DNA of 64,000 nucleotides from a virus (IMGVR_UViG_3300032218_002273:1-64000); one strand, 5' to 3'. Shown: positions 47,581 through 58,201, counted from the stretch's first letter. Numbers and translations: made by a program. Notes: generated by a model not told the origin, from the sequence alone.

Positions 47581-48378
47581 ATATTTTTTGCAACCCTTGG
47601 ACTTATTTCCATGTACTCTGCAAACTAATTCCTTATCTTTTCCACAAGAATAAATTAAAATTAATGCATCGCTTTCTTCTATTCTATCCACAAGCTTACA
47701 TTCTGACCCTGACTTTAAATTTCCACATCCAAAAATAAAACTAGTCCATAGTATTAGTGCTAATTTCATCATCTTCCTCGCTTTCTTTATCCCAAATTAA
47801 ACCTAATACTTCAAAATAATGATCTAAAGCCATATTTTCACTTAATTCATCTAAATTATTTCTAGCTTCTTTTGCTTTTAAAACACCTTTTTTTAAATCA
47901 ACACATATTAAACACATATTCTAGTCCTCATCTTGTTCTCCATATAAGCCAGTTCCAAAGTAATCTTTCATTCTAGAAGATTTTGAATTTCTTTCTTTTT
48001 CTAATTTTTCCCAATCTTCTTTTTTTATTCCACATTTAGTGCAATCCCAAACAATACTGACTATTAACACCGTTTTTTTCCAGCGATGATAACAATTTAA
48101 AGCTTTTCTTTTTTGTTCTTCTGTCAGCATTTTTCACAATTTGATTTATTAAATCTATGATTATGTTGATTTCTACAGTATTTACTGCAGTAAACTACGG
48201 ATTTACCGCTTTTAGTTTCATAGATAAAAGTTTCTTCTCCTAAACAATGATTTACAGCCTGTATTCTGTTTTGTAAACTTATATTTTTTTGTTTTATTGT
48301 TGTTATAATACTACTGCATTTAGCGCAAGTAATTCTAGCTCTTAATGGTTGACCACTAATTTTACCATCTAGTACCAT
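47566..48378 (-). other. Small lipoprotein (47566-47772) and small Cys-rich genes (47921-48130, 48124-48378)
   Basis: FIFGC lipobox; CxxC motifs. Confidence 0.55.
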
Positions 48379-48406
48379 TTATCCTCCAACTAGCAGATAG
48401 TAATAG

Positions 48407-48435
48407 ATTATAGCATTGGCAAAAAATAAAATCAA
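48407..48435 (-). promoter_or_regulatory. sigma70-type promoter
   Basis: TTGATT-N17-TATAAT with an extended TG. Confidence 0.7.
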
Positions 48436-48444
48436 GCTATACCA

Positions 48445-49065
48445 TTATAGATCTTCAAAAACTACAGGTATGTTTGCTTTAAATTCATTTAATAAATTGC
48501 TTGCTAATGTTCTAATTTCTAATTGAGCATGTTTGTCTGTTCTTAATTTAAAAAAATGTCTCCAGGATCTTAAATTCATTGTAACAATAACTTCTGTTTT
48601 GGTGTCGTTTGGTAATACTCCTCTTGCTTGTTGAGGTTTAAGCCCTAAAGAAATTAAACTCATATAAGATCTTTCACTATCTTCTAACGCTATTTTATAT
48701 TTAAATTGCTGTTCTATTGTCATAGAGTCAAAATCTAAAGGTTTAATAAAAGTAATTTGATTTCCAAACTTACCTCTGCTGTAATTTACGTATCGCTGAG
48801 ATTCCTGAGAATAAGATGCAATACGGTGCCTAACGAGCTGATGAGAACAAGCACGGCTGCAAGTGAAACGAACAGTAACACTAAAATGCTCCACAACAGA
48901 TTCATGCTCAGATTCAAGAATTTTTTTAACAAATGTATTACAACTTCCATCTTTTATTGTATCTTCACTTTTATAGCAAACTTTGCCGCACTGTTCAATA
49001 TGTTTTATAATTTCTTCGCCACTTATTGGAGTTATGATTTCTACACTAGGGTCTACTAAAATCAC
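48445..49065 (-). CDS. thyX: Flavin-dependent thymidylate synthase
   Basis: HESVVEH, SRACSHQLVRHRIASYSQESQRY, ARGVLP, NLRSWRHFFKLR. Confidence 0.95.
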   Translation of the reverse strand: MILVDPSVEIITPISGEEIIKHIEQCGKVCYKSEDTIKDGSCNTFVKKILESEHESVVEHFSVTVRFTCSRACSHQLVRHRIASYSQESQRYVNYSRGKFGNQITFIKPLDFDSMTIEQQFKYKIALEDSERSYMSLISLGLKPQQARGVLPNDTKTEVIVTMNLRSWRHFFKLRTDKHAQLEIRTLASNLLNEFKANIPVVFEDL

Positions 49066-49795
49066 TACTCCTCCTCTTCATGAACTTCAATTTCATTAGC
49101 AATTTCTTCAAATGATTGTTTAATAGATCCTGGCTGAAATCCACAGCCTAATAAAAAATATCTAAATTCACTAACAATATCAGTGGTAGTTAGTGCATCA
49201 ACTGACATTGAAAGCTCTGTTATGTCAAATTTATTTTCTCTATCTGATGTTTTTATAAATGTAAACATTATTCAACCTCCATTGTGGATTGACCATCAAT
49301 TAATTCTTGAACTTCTTTAAAACCAACAACTTCATCTCCAATTTCATTTACCGCCTTAACTACCGAAGTGTCATTAGTTTCTTTTATCTCCCAAAATAAT
49401 TTTTCATTATCTATAAAACTTAAAGCTGGTCTTAGTGTTATTAGTTGCTCATTTGGTACAAATATAACGTAACCGTGAGATTCAGAAAAAGCAATCCCTT
49501 TTTTATCCACTTCTAGTTTATATAAAAGTCTATTGGATTCATTAAAATAAAATACATCGCTTAGGGAAATTACTTTCTCAGTTTCTTCCTTTTCTGAGAG
49601 TGTTTGTATTTCTTTTTTAGGAGTTTCTTTTATGAGTATTTCTTGATTATTTATTTTAGACAAGTTTCTCTGTAAGTCTCTAATGCTTTCTCTTAACTCA
49701 TTTTGAGAAATTTCCCCTTCCGCAAATTTAATTGCTTTTTTCCTTACAAGATTTATATCTTCAATTATATCTAACACATGCATTAACAACTCCAT
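49065..49795 (-). other. Two hypothetical genes (49065-49268, 49268-49795)
   Basis: Coupled ORFs upstream of thyX. Confidence 0.55.
49783..49792 (+). promoter_or_regulatory. Late motif variant TTAACAACTC
   Basis: 17 nt before ATG 49810, with AGGAG in between; abuts the start codon of the divergent gene. Confidence 0.6.
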
Positions 49796-49809
49796 ATAGG
49801 AGAAATATT

Positions 49810-50154
49810 ATGTATAATTTTAACACAGAAGTACACCCTGATCAAGTAGTTTGTAGATGTTGCGGTCAAAAAAGAGTAAAGACTTATGGTTCTATTACAA
49901 GCGATAAAAGGGTTGTTTGGGTTAACGAATTTGGTGAAAGATGGTATGGTAAAAAGTGTCCTAATTGTTATAAAACCTATAAAGAAGCTTATGATCAAAA
50001 AAGAAGATTAAAACTAGGGCATAGACCTTTTGGTAGTTTTGATAACTGTTCAGAGTGTGGAAATAAATTTTTAGTAAAAATGGGAGCTACTAAAAAATGC
50101 CCAAGTTGTAAATCTAAGAATATTAAAACTCAATTAAAATTAACAGAGGGCTAA
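49810..50154 (+). CDS. Multi-Zn-ribbon protein (true start MYNFNTEV)
   Basis: Four Cys pairs (CRCC, CPNC, CSEC, CPSC); AGGAG RBS. Confidence 0.7.
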   Translation: MYNFNTEVHPDQVVCRCCGQKRVKTYGSITSDKRVVWVNEFGERWYGKKCPNCYKTYKEAYDQKRRLKLGHRPFGSFDNCSECGNKFLVKMGATKKCPSCKSKNIKTQLKLTEG

Positions 50155-52511
50155 TCGCCCTCTCCCATAAAACTCATCATATTAAAAACAATATTTTTCG
50201 ATAATTCTGATAAAAATACTTGATCTTCTGCGCTAAGATATTCATTTGGTACATAAACAGGAGATCCGTCCTCTTCTCTCCTGTACATCAAAAGCCACTG
50301 TTTTCCTACCATTTTATTTAAATACATTTTTAAATTTCTAAAATGCATTAATTGTACTGCTGGGCTATCTTGCTCATCTTTGTCAGATTCCAGCTCGCTT
50401 AATACTTCATCTACGGTATCATTTAATTCTTCTTGAGTCATTTCTGGGTTTTCTTTTAAAACTTCTTCTATTAAAGAATCAACTTCTTTTGATGTTAAAA
50501 CTTTAAATTTATTCTTTTTGTCATCTGTCACCTTTGATCTCCCTGATTGTTTCACCTATAAACTCTGCAGTATTCCACGTTATTTCTAAAAATACTTCCT
50601 GTGGTAACGTCCTAGCATAGGTAGTGTTTACTATATATCCAGATTTTCTTAGTTTATTTTTAATCTTAATTTCATCGTTTTTATTGATGAAAATTTCTAT
50701 TCTTTCAAACCCAAGCGTAGAAGCTACTCTAATCATCTCGCTAATTGTGATTAAATTTTTAATAGGGCTTCTTTTTTGATGCATTATCATATTATGATAT
50801 GCTTTATTTGCTGCAATCATCCAATAATCCTCAGTGTTGGGTGAAAACAAATGTCACAAGTTTCACTTATATCTTCTGAAATAAAAGAATGTCCGCAATC
50901 TTTATTGGTACATCTTTGTTTTTTTAAAAATCCTGTTTCATCACAGAATTGATTTTTTGAAAATTTTAAGCTTATAGATTCTAAATCTTCTTTTGAGTAC
51001 TTGGAGGATAAATGTGCTAATCTTTGTAACCAATCAGAATCTTTAACAACCCCAGCTTGTACTAACTCTGATAATTGCATGTACTCTAAAATTTCTAAAG
51101 GATCTTTCACAACAACCTCAAATTTTGCCTTTTTGCAAATTGAAAACTTAAGCTAAAGGCTATAAGTTTTATCATTATTGAAGTATATTTTGCATTTGAT
51201 AAAAAATCTAGCCCAACTCCGCAACTATCTACATAATAGCATACTCTGCCACTTTTGAAAAACAACATTTTTACAAAAAAAACACTGACTTCTGTATCCC
51301 CATTTAAATGCTCGATTATATCAAATAACTTCCAATGAAAAATAATATCAAATCTTACTTTAGTTTGTTTTGTTTTCATCTTCTAGTGTTTTTTCTACAG
51401 CAAGCACTAATGCTTCGTGTAAAATTTGTTTGATAAAAATTTCTTGTTGTTCTTCTGTACTATTTTCTCCTAAATTTTCTAATGCTAAATTAATTAAAGC
51501 ATCTGCCATTTCTTCGTCTAAATCTATTTGAATTTCACCATTATCTAATGCAACTACTTTTGCTTCCATAAAATCCTTAAAAAGACAAGGAGAGTGGAGG
51601 TATCTCTCCTTGCCAAATAGTTATCTATAAATATTATAGATGACTAGGGGTTATTTAATTTATTTGCTATATCCTCTTTACTTAAATTTTTAGTAGCTTC
51701 TTTTAAATCATCTTGAGAAAAACCATGATAATTCATATGATTAATAAATTTACTATACTCTTCTTCTAATTGTTTTTGCAGCCTAACTTCATCTATTGCG
51801 GATAATAAGCTGGATACAATAAATACAACTAGAGCGCCTATTAAAATTTTAAAAAGCAAAGGATCTCCCAAGTTTTTTAAAGCAATAAAAGCTCCAGCAA
51901 AAGCTAGTAATTGAATTGTTATCTGAGATAATATCTTAATTGTTTTATTTATTTTAAAGGACAGTTTTCTTTGAACTAAATCCTCACCAATTTTAAATTT
52001 TTTTGCAGAATTTAAAACTTCATCAATTGATTTCATAACTTCTCCTAAAAAGAAAACGGAACATTTGGAACTTCTATCCAGTGTTTTATATTATTTCTTT
52101 TTAATAAAACTTTTTCTAATCCTAAAGGGGTTCCTTGTTTAGTAATATAAGCCACTTCTGCTTCTATATTGTCTTCATCTTGTTTAACTAACTTTACAAC
52201 ATAAATGTAAATGCTAGAGTTAGTTGTAGTATAAAATCTATTTTGGTGTATATCACTCATATATAAAATTTACCATTTTATAACATTAAAGTCAACTACT
52301 TACCTACCAGCATACGACACATTGTTAGCTGGTAGTGTAAGTTATCGTTTTTTATTTGTAAATTACTTATTTGTTCTTCTTTTGATCTTAAATCCCTATC
52401 TTCTAAAAAAGATCCAACGCAAGATATTACAATTAAGGTCAAAGAAAAATTTACTACTATAAAAAATAGTAATGTTGCTATTTTATTATGCCCCTGTCCA
52501 CTCACAAGCAC
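50151..52511 (-). other. Run of eight small hypothetical genes
   Basis: 50151-50555, 50521-50850, 50817-51110, 51107-51379, 51360-51569, 51644-52036 (2 TM), 52045-52260, 52296-52511 (TM). Confidence 0.5.
52267..52295 (-). promoter_or_regulatory. sigma70-type promoter
   Basis: TTGACT-N17-TAAATT. Confidence 0.55.
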
Positions 52512-54339
52512 CCCCGCTACACGCTAATTGATCCATTCGTTTAGTATTATCTTGAAATTCAATAACTTCATTTAGGTTAACATTTTTAATTTGCTTTGAC
52601 AACTCTTCAAAAGTTTCTTTTGTACATGACTCAAACGGTGCTTGTTTATAAGAACCTCCATCAAAAGGTAATAAACTTATCCCTGTATAGGAGTCTCTAT
52701 GTTCCCACATATTATCTCTTAAAGAATCAACCTCTTCTGCCTTATAGTTAATAGTACAAGACACGTTATGCTTATTTGCTCCACTTCTATGTCCAGAAGC
52801 CACCCAGTTTTGATTAAATTTTAGTACTCTCTGCAATAAAGAATCTGCACTTTCCATATTTCTAGTAATTGAATTTTTTGGAGACTCTTGAGGTATACTT
52901 ACCACTACTCCAGTTGGAGAAAATAAATCATCTTCTACTAGACTTGGCACTGTCTCTATAAGATAATTAGTAAGAACATCTCCCTTATTCATTCTGACTC
53001 TTCTGATATAAAAATCATCATATCTTGCATGAATACCACTAGCACTACCAACTACACAACTCATAGTTCCTTCTGGTTTTAGACAGGTAGTTCTAGCAGC
53101 TAGATTTATTCCAATCTTTTTAGCATACTTCTCATTAACATCTAAAACAAGTTTTGCTGAATTTTGTAATTGTTCGTTTGTTAGTACATTATTATCAGCA
53201 ACTCCAGTGAATGATACTCCCAAAAGAGCTTCTTTTTCTGTTTGTACCTTCCAATTTTCTTTAATGTAAGGAAAATCAGTATACGCTGCTTGTAAAGTGC
53301 CTAACAATGACGCAGCATACACTCTATTATGCAGATCCTTTTCATTTTTAACGCCTGTAAGATTTACAGAAGTTAAATTACAAAATTGATTAGAATTAAG
53401 ACTAATTTCACAGCACGGATTAACTCCCAATTCCAAGTCATTTGTCCAAACAAAGCCAGGTTCTCCACTATTACTAGCAATACAAGCATCAAATACCGCA
53501 TTAAACTCCTCTCTAGTGGTAGTAAGTCTGTGAAGAACAGCGCTATTGTTAGCTCTAGCTCTGTGAGGATGTTTTTCCCACCAATGTCCATGTTTAGCAG
53601 TTAACATATCATTGTCATCCTTATCAAAAATAGAAATTAGAGCTGCTCTTCTTATACCTCCTGAGAGTACACAGTCTGCTATAATACATAACATATCGTG
53701 AACTTCTATAGTTTTTAATTTTCTACCAATTGCTAATTTTAATTTACTTTCAACTAATTCTAACATTCTTTTTAAAGGTTCATGTCCAGGAGCAGTAGCT
53801 CCGCTAGATAATCTAGAGCCTTTTGGTCTAATTAGTGAAAAATCAAATAAAGGTCTTAAGCCTCCATTAAAATAAGATCTCATTAAGCTATTTAATGACT
53901 CTGCCCACCCCTCAATAGAGTCTGATACAATATATTTATTTTCTTCTTTTGGCTTTCTTACCGTTGGAAGATTATTTGTGTGGTGTTTTTGAACAGAGAA
54001 ACCAAAACCTGTACCGCACATTAATAAATACAATGCTTCACTAAAAATTTCTGGATAATTTGCTGCAGCAAAGCTACAATTAAATAATTTAATATTGTTT
54101 TTTAAAATACTTTCTCCGCCAAACTGCATAGATCTCATTGACGGCATAACATTTAAATCATGAACTTGTTTATAAGCTTTAATAATATCTCTAGATAAAT
54201 GAGGAAATCTTTCTAGATGCATCATCATATTTCTATTGATGATTTCTTCTAAAGATTCCCTTCTTCCTAAGTGATCTAAGAACTTAGCATAAGTTCTGTA
54301 AACTACAATATCAGAAAGAAATTTATTTGACTTATTCAA
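52486..54339 (-). CDS. nrdJ: Class II (B12-dependent, monomeric RTPR-type) ribonucleotide reductase
   Basis: MPSMRSMQFGG, FNCSF, GGIRRAA, NPCCEI, TCLKPEGT and C-terminal ACSGGACE; no small-subunit gene nearby. Confidence 0.92.
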   Translation of the reverse strand: MNKSNKFLSDIVVYRTYAKFLDHLGRRESLEEIINRNMMMHLERFPHLSRDIIKAYKQVHDLNVMPSMRSMQFGGESILKNNIKLFNCSFAAANYPEIFSEALYLLMCGTGFGFSVQKHHTNNLPTVRKPKEENKYIVSDSIEGWAESLNSLMRSYFNGGLRPLFDFSLIRPKGSRLSSGATAPGHEPLKRMLELVESKLKLAIGRKLKTIEVHDMLCIIADCVLSGGIRRAALISIFDKDDNDMLTAKHGHWWEKHPHRARANNSAVLHRLTTTREEFNAVFDACIASNSGEPGFVWTNDLELGVNPCCEISLNSNQFCNLTSVNLTGVKNEKDLHNRVYAASLLGTLQAAYTDFPYIKENWKVQTEKEALLGVSFTGVADNNVLTNEQLQNSAKLVLDVNEKYAKKIGINLAARTTCLKPEGTMSCVVGSASGIHARYDDFYIRRVRMNKGDVLTNYLIETVPSLVEDDLFSPTGVVVSIPQESPKNSITRNMESADSLLQRVLKFNQNWVASGHRSGANKHNVSCTINYKAEEVDSLRDNMWEHRDSYTGISLLPFDGGSYKQAPFESCTKETFEELSKQIKNVNLNEVIEFQDNTKRMDQLACSGGACEWTGA

Positions 54340-54373
54340 TTGTCCACCTCCAAAGTTATAATATGATTATGCC

Positions 54374-54931
54374 TTAATCTTGAGGAGGATGCAACTTATT
54401 TTTACCCATTTCTTTCATTTCTTGTTTGATCTTTTCACTTAGTTTTATTATTTCACTAAACTGTATTTTTAATTGTTTTTCTTCTAGCAATTTTTTAAAA
54501 AGTCCAGAATCTAAACTTTTCCAAGGAAGCCCTGCAATATAATCTGTATCTTTTCTATTCATATGTTACCTAAACTGCATGTTTTTAAGTTTTTTTTCAC
54601 GTTCTCTATCAATAGAATCTTCAATTTCTAATTTAATTCTTTCATAAATATCTTTAACCTCGTTTGTTCTTTCAAAATGTTCTGGAGTTTCAGCAGTTTC
54701 TAAAAGCATATCGCAGGTTCTTTCTCCTACATCCGCTAAGTGCCAGAGAACTTGTGTATCTTCTAGATTAAGTTTTCTGTAATGAGATTGATTTACTAAT
54801 TTAGTCATTCTTTCATAAGATTCTTTTAGTTCATCATCTTTTGCTGCCTCTGCCACTTCAATTGCGTTTGCGATTACTTCTTTTAGCAACTCTTTCATGT
54901 CCTCGTTTAAATTTAATTGCATCACTTCCAC
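54374..54931 (-). other. Two hypothetical genes (54374-54562, 54566-54931)
   Basis: Short ORFs upstream of nrdJ. Confidence 0.5.
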
Positions 54932-55145
54932 CTTTGTTTTTTAAATCTTTTAGAAACTTATTAGGATCTAATTTTTTATTTCTTAGAGAAACATCTCCAA
55001 TGTATGGTAATTCCACAGTTCTTTGAACTAATTCTTCTGCTAATTCATATAAAAAGCATTTACATATTGTGTCAATAAATTCTCTAGATAATCCTGTGTC
55101 GTCACAAGTTCTAGTTACTATATCTTGATAATGCTTATTACTCAT
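54858..55145 (-). CDS. HU/IHF-like DNA-binding protein (likely start MSNKHY)
   Basis: IVTRTCDDTGLSREFIDTICKCFLYELAEEL...VELPYIGDVSL follows the HU alpha1-alpha2-beta1 pattern. Confidence 0.45.
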   Translation of the reverse strand: MSNKHYQDIVTRTCDDTGLSREFIDTICKCFLYELAEELVQRTVELPYIGDVSLRNKKLDPNKFLKDLKNKGGSDAIKFKRGHERVAKRSNRKRN

Positions 55146-55546
55146 GGTATAAAAAATCTCCTTCCAGAAGCTGGCGGAACTATTTGTACATGAACCCATC
55201 CTGGAGTGTGTTTAAAATCTTCCATCCATAATCCAATAGCTGTTATTTCGTCTATATGGTCATATATAAAATCTTTTAAATGATTATCAGGATCAGAAAA
55301 ATCACAAGCTTGTCCACTTAAATGTTTTGACTTCATTGGAATTTTTGACATATCTCTAATCCCTTTATCAGCATAAATTCTTATGTGATCTTCTAGAGAT
55401 CTGTATCCACTAGTCACTATCATAGGCTTTGCAAAAATATCTCTAAGTTTATTTACTTTCAAAAGTAACTCAAAAACATTTTGCTGATGTTCTTCTGGAA
55501 CATCGTTTATATCTTTTCCTTTTAAAATTTCAGACATTGAAATCAT
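55142..55546 (-). CDS. Peptidase M15-family endolysin candidate
   Basis: IVTSGYRS, SKHLSGQACD and WVHVQ Zn-site motifs. Confidence 0.85.
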   Translation of the reverse strand: MISMSEILKGKDINDVPEEHQQNVFELLLKVNKLRDIFAKPMIVTSGYRSLEDHIRIYADKGIRDMSKIPMKSKHLSGQACDFSDPDNHLKDFIYDHIDEITAIGLWMEDFKHTPGWVHVQIVPPASGRRFFIP

Positions 55547-55570
55547 ATAACCTCCAATAAGGTTTATTGT

Positions 55571-55599
55571 AGTATATTTTATTTTGTATTTATTGTCAA
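55571..55599 (-). promoter_or_regulatory. sigma70 promoter (leftward)
   Basis: TTGACA-N17-TATACT. Confidence 0.8.
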
Positions 55600-55606
55600 A
55601 TTTTTA

Positions 55607-55635
55607 TTGACAGGTTTGAATTATTTTCTTAATAT
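55607..55635 (+). promoter_or_regulatory. sigma70 promoter (rightward) facing non-coding element B
   Basis: TTGACA-N17-TAATAT; no credible ORF for at least 280 nt downstream. Confidence 0.7.
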
Positions 55636-55640
55636 CGAAA

Positions 55641-55885
55641 ATGGGCAAAAAGCCTAGCTTATACTGTGCTAGATCGTAAAAAAGGGAAACCGAGATACTA
55701 CCGGGGCATAATCAATAAACGGTAACTGTCAAAACGAAGGCCAGAAGATGACAGCGAAACGCTACTCAGTATATTCTTATTTAGCGATAACATCGCCAAG
55801 AGGTTAGACGAAAGTTAAAAGTAGTAACTCTAATCGCTCTAAAGGTACTATATATAATAGATACTAGGCGGAGCCGTGCAAGGAA
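55641..55885 (+). ncRNA. Candidate structured non-coding RNA (element B)
   Basis: Follows a sigma70 promoter. Hairpins CTAGC/GCTAG, CTGTCA/TGACAG, GCGAT/ATCGC and a GAAA-capped stem; 38/48 identity to element A. Confidence 0.55.
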
Positions 55886-55895
55886 TTAACAACTA
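55886..55895 (+). promoter_or_regulatory. Putative late promoter motif TTAACAACTA
   Basis: Upstream of the packaging operon. Confidence 0.65.
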
Positions 55896-56058
55896 CTAGT
55901 AGAAGGTGTTAGATTTTTCAAGTATGAATAATCTAGTGATTAAAAAATTCAGCAATACCAATAAGACTGATAAAACAAGCATCTAACGAACAATGTACCA
56001 TCTTCTTTAATTGTAAATTGTAGTATCTTTTAGACTACATACTTACAGAAGGAAATTT

Positions 56059-56346
56059 ATGAAAAACCTACTTTACGAACTAAACGTAACTAAGATTTTA
56101 TTGATTCTTGTTGTAATAACGTCCTGTATTACCAAAAGTCCAGAAGCAATTTCAGTATCAGTTATTTCTCTTGTAAGCTTTGCTTGCGTAGATAAATATC
56201 TTACAATTCTTAGCTTAAAATCAAATAGAGAAGATGAGCTAGATTCAGTAAATAAAGCTATTATAGAGCTAGAATCTAAAGTATCTCACTTGTCAAATAA
56301 AGATGTTGCAAAAGATTTATTAGGTGGACTTGCTCCAAAAAGGTAA
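56059..56346 (+). CDS. Small membrane protein with coiled-coil tail
   Basis: Two hydrophobic segments; AAGGA RBS. Confidence 0.55.
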   Translation: MKNLLYELNVTKILLILVVITSCITKSPEAISVSVISLVSFACVDKYLTILSLKSNREDELDSVNKAIIELESKVSHLSNKDVAKDLLGGLAPKR

Positions 56347-56349
56347 TAT

Positions 56350-56754
56350 ATGAACTTAATTGACATGTCACAATTTAAAACTTTAGAAGATCTAAAGAAA
56401 CATGCAGAACAATTAACTAAAACAAACTTAATGTTGCAAAATGATATTAAGCATAAAGATGAAAAAATTGCTCATCTAGAGTCTTTACTGAATACTCTCC
56501 CATCAACAGATTTTTTAGTAGAGGATAGGGAAGTTGAGATTTGTAAGATTGAAATTAATAGATTATATCAAAAATCTCTTAGATTTCCATTAGATGATAA
56601 AGAAGTTCGGAATCTTGAGATTCTTGTAAAAACTTTAGCTGTTGCTAGAGGTAGAAACGTATCTGATGTAAAAGAAAAAAAGGACAAGGAAGCTGTAAAA
56701 AATTTACCTGTTGGTAAGTTGGTTGAGCTTGCTAAATCTATAAAAAATGAATAA
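56350..56754 (+). CDS. Putative terminase small subunit
   Basis: 134-aa helical protein overlapping the start of terL; position-based call. Confidence 0.4.
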   Translation: MNLIDMSQFKTLEDLKKHAEQLTKTNLMLQNDIKHKDEKIAHLESLLNTLPSTDFLVEDREVEICKIEINRLYQKSLRFPLDDKEVRNLEILVKTLAVARGRNVSDVKEKKDKEAVKNLPVGKLVELAKSIKNE

Positions 56755-58201
56755 TGAAGAATTAGAACAATTATCTCCTGAAGAAGCTGGAGATATTCTT
56801 TGGCAAAATGGAGATGCGTGGCAATTCTTATTAGATCCTCTTCAACAAAAACTAGTAAGATCTTATCTTCAAAGCGACATAGGTAAAGAACTTATACTTG
56901 TACTAGGTAGACAGGTAGGTAAATCTTATGCTTTATTTACTTTAGCTATGTGCGAATGTCTTCGTAGACCTGGAATTACAGTAGTTTATGTTGCTCCTAC
57001 TTTAAAAATGGCTAAAAAAATTACTCGTATGACTTTAAGAGAAGTTGCAAAAACTGCTCCAAAAGATTGTACTCCTAAGTTTAATACTCAAGATAGCGAA
57101 TATAATTTTCCAAATGGTAGTAAAATAGAATTAGCTGGATTTAATGCCGGGCAAATTGAAGATTCCAGAGGGCCTAAAGCACATTTAATTATTGTAGATG
57201 AGTGCGGATTTATGGATGCTTCTGAATTTGATTATGGTGTAAACTCTGTTCTATACCCAAAACTAAACTCTACAAGAGGGGTTATGTTAATGTGTTCTAC
57301 TTTACCAAAGTCGGCAGCACATCCATATTGGAATAGAGTATTAAAAGCTAAATTAGAAGATCGTTTGGTAGAAGGTACAGTATATGATTGTCCTAGATAT
57401 ACAAAAGATGATATTGATAAATTTGCATCTAGATCTGGCGGATATGATTCTATAGATTTTAGGCGTGAGTTTATGAATGAAATGGTAACAGACGAAGAAA
57501 AAGCTGTTGTACCAGAAGCCACTAAAAACATTATGAATAAGATTGTTAGAGAAGTAACTAGACCTTCTCATTTTGATTGCTATATTGGAATGGATATAGG
57601 TTTTAGAGATTATACCGCTATTTTATTTGCTTATTATGATTTTTTAAAAAATACTGTTGTAATCGAAGATGAAGTTATTATTAAAGGAACTAAGGTTACC
57701 ACCAAAGCAATAGCGGATGCAATAAAAGAAAAGGAAGAAAAACTTTGGCAACATAAAAAACCATTCCTTAGAATTGCAGATAACAATAATTTAATTCTTT
57801 TAAATGAACTTACTCAATCCCCTTACAACTTACCAATATTTCCAACTGCCAAAGATAACAGAGAAGCGGCTATAAATAAGGTAAGATTGCTAATTCAGAA
57901 AGAACAGATTATAATAAACCCAAGATGTGTGGTTTTACAGCAACATTTACAACACGCTACATGGAATAATAAACGTAGCGAGTTTGAAAGAGATCCTCTT
58001 AATGGTCACTTTGACGCATTAGCAGCATTAATCTATCTATGCAGAAATGTTCAATATCAACGAAATCCATATCCACCAGAATACATGATGACTACAGATG
58101 CTTTTTATGTAGATATGAGTAATGGATTTGACGCTCCAAAAGATGATTTTCAAAAACACATTAGAGAAGCTTTTAACCCATTCAAGAAAAAGACTTTTTA
58201 G
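56747..58201 (+). CDS. terL: Terminase large subunit
   Basis: LGRQVGKS (Walker A), LIIVDEC (Walker B), MCSTLP, GMDIGFRD and HFDALAAL nuclease motifs. Confidence 0.92.
   Translation: MNNEELEQLSPEEAGDILWQNGDAWQFLLDPLQQKLVRSYLQSDIGKELILVLGRQVGKSYALFTLAMCECLRRPGITVVYVAPTLKMAKKITRMTLREVAKTAPKDCTPKFNTQDSEYNFPNGSKIELAGFNAGQIEDSRGPKAHLIIVDECGFMDASEFDYGVNSVLYPKLNSTRGVMLMCSTLPKSAAHPYWNRVLKAKLEDRLVEGTVYDCPRYTKDDIDKFASRSGGYDSIDFRREFMNEMVTDEEKAVVPEATKNIMNKIVREVTRPSHFDCYIGMDIGFRDYTAILFAYYDFLKNTVVIEDEVIIKGTKVTTKAIADAIKEKEEKLWQHKKPFLRIADNNNLILLNELTQSPYNLPIFPTAKDNREAAINKVRLLIQKEQIIINPRCVVLQQHLQHATWNNKRSEFERDPLNGHFDALAALIYLCRNVQYQRNPYPPEYMMTTDAFYVDMSNGFDAPKDDFQKHIREAFNPFKKKTF

Noticed and set aside
55740-55765. 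GATGA...CGAAAC resembling a hammerhead core
   Set aside because: CUGAUGA is absent, there is no stem II between the elements, and copy A lacks GATGA.
25587-58201. Inteins or introns in polA, nrdJ, the helicase or terL
   Set aside because: Sizes are normal, motifs are contiguous, and no Hint blocks were seen inside them.
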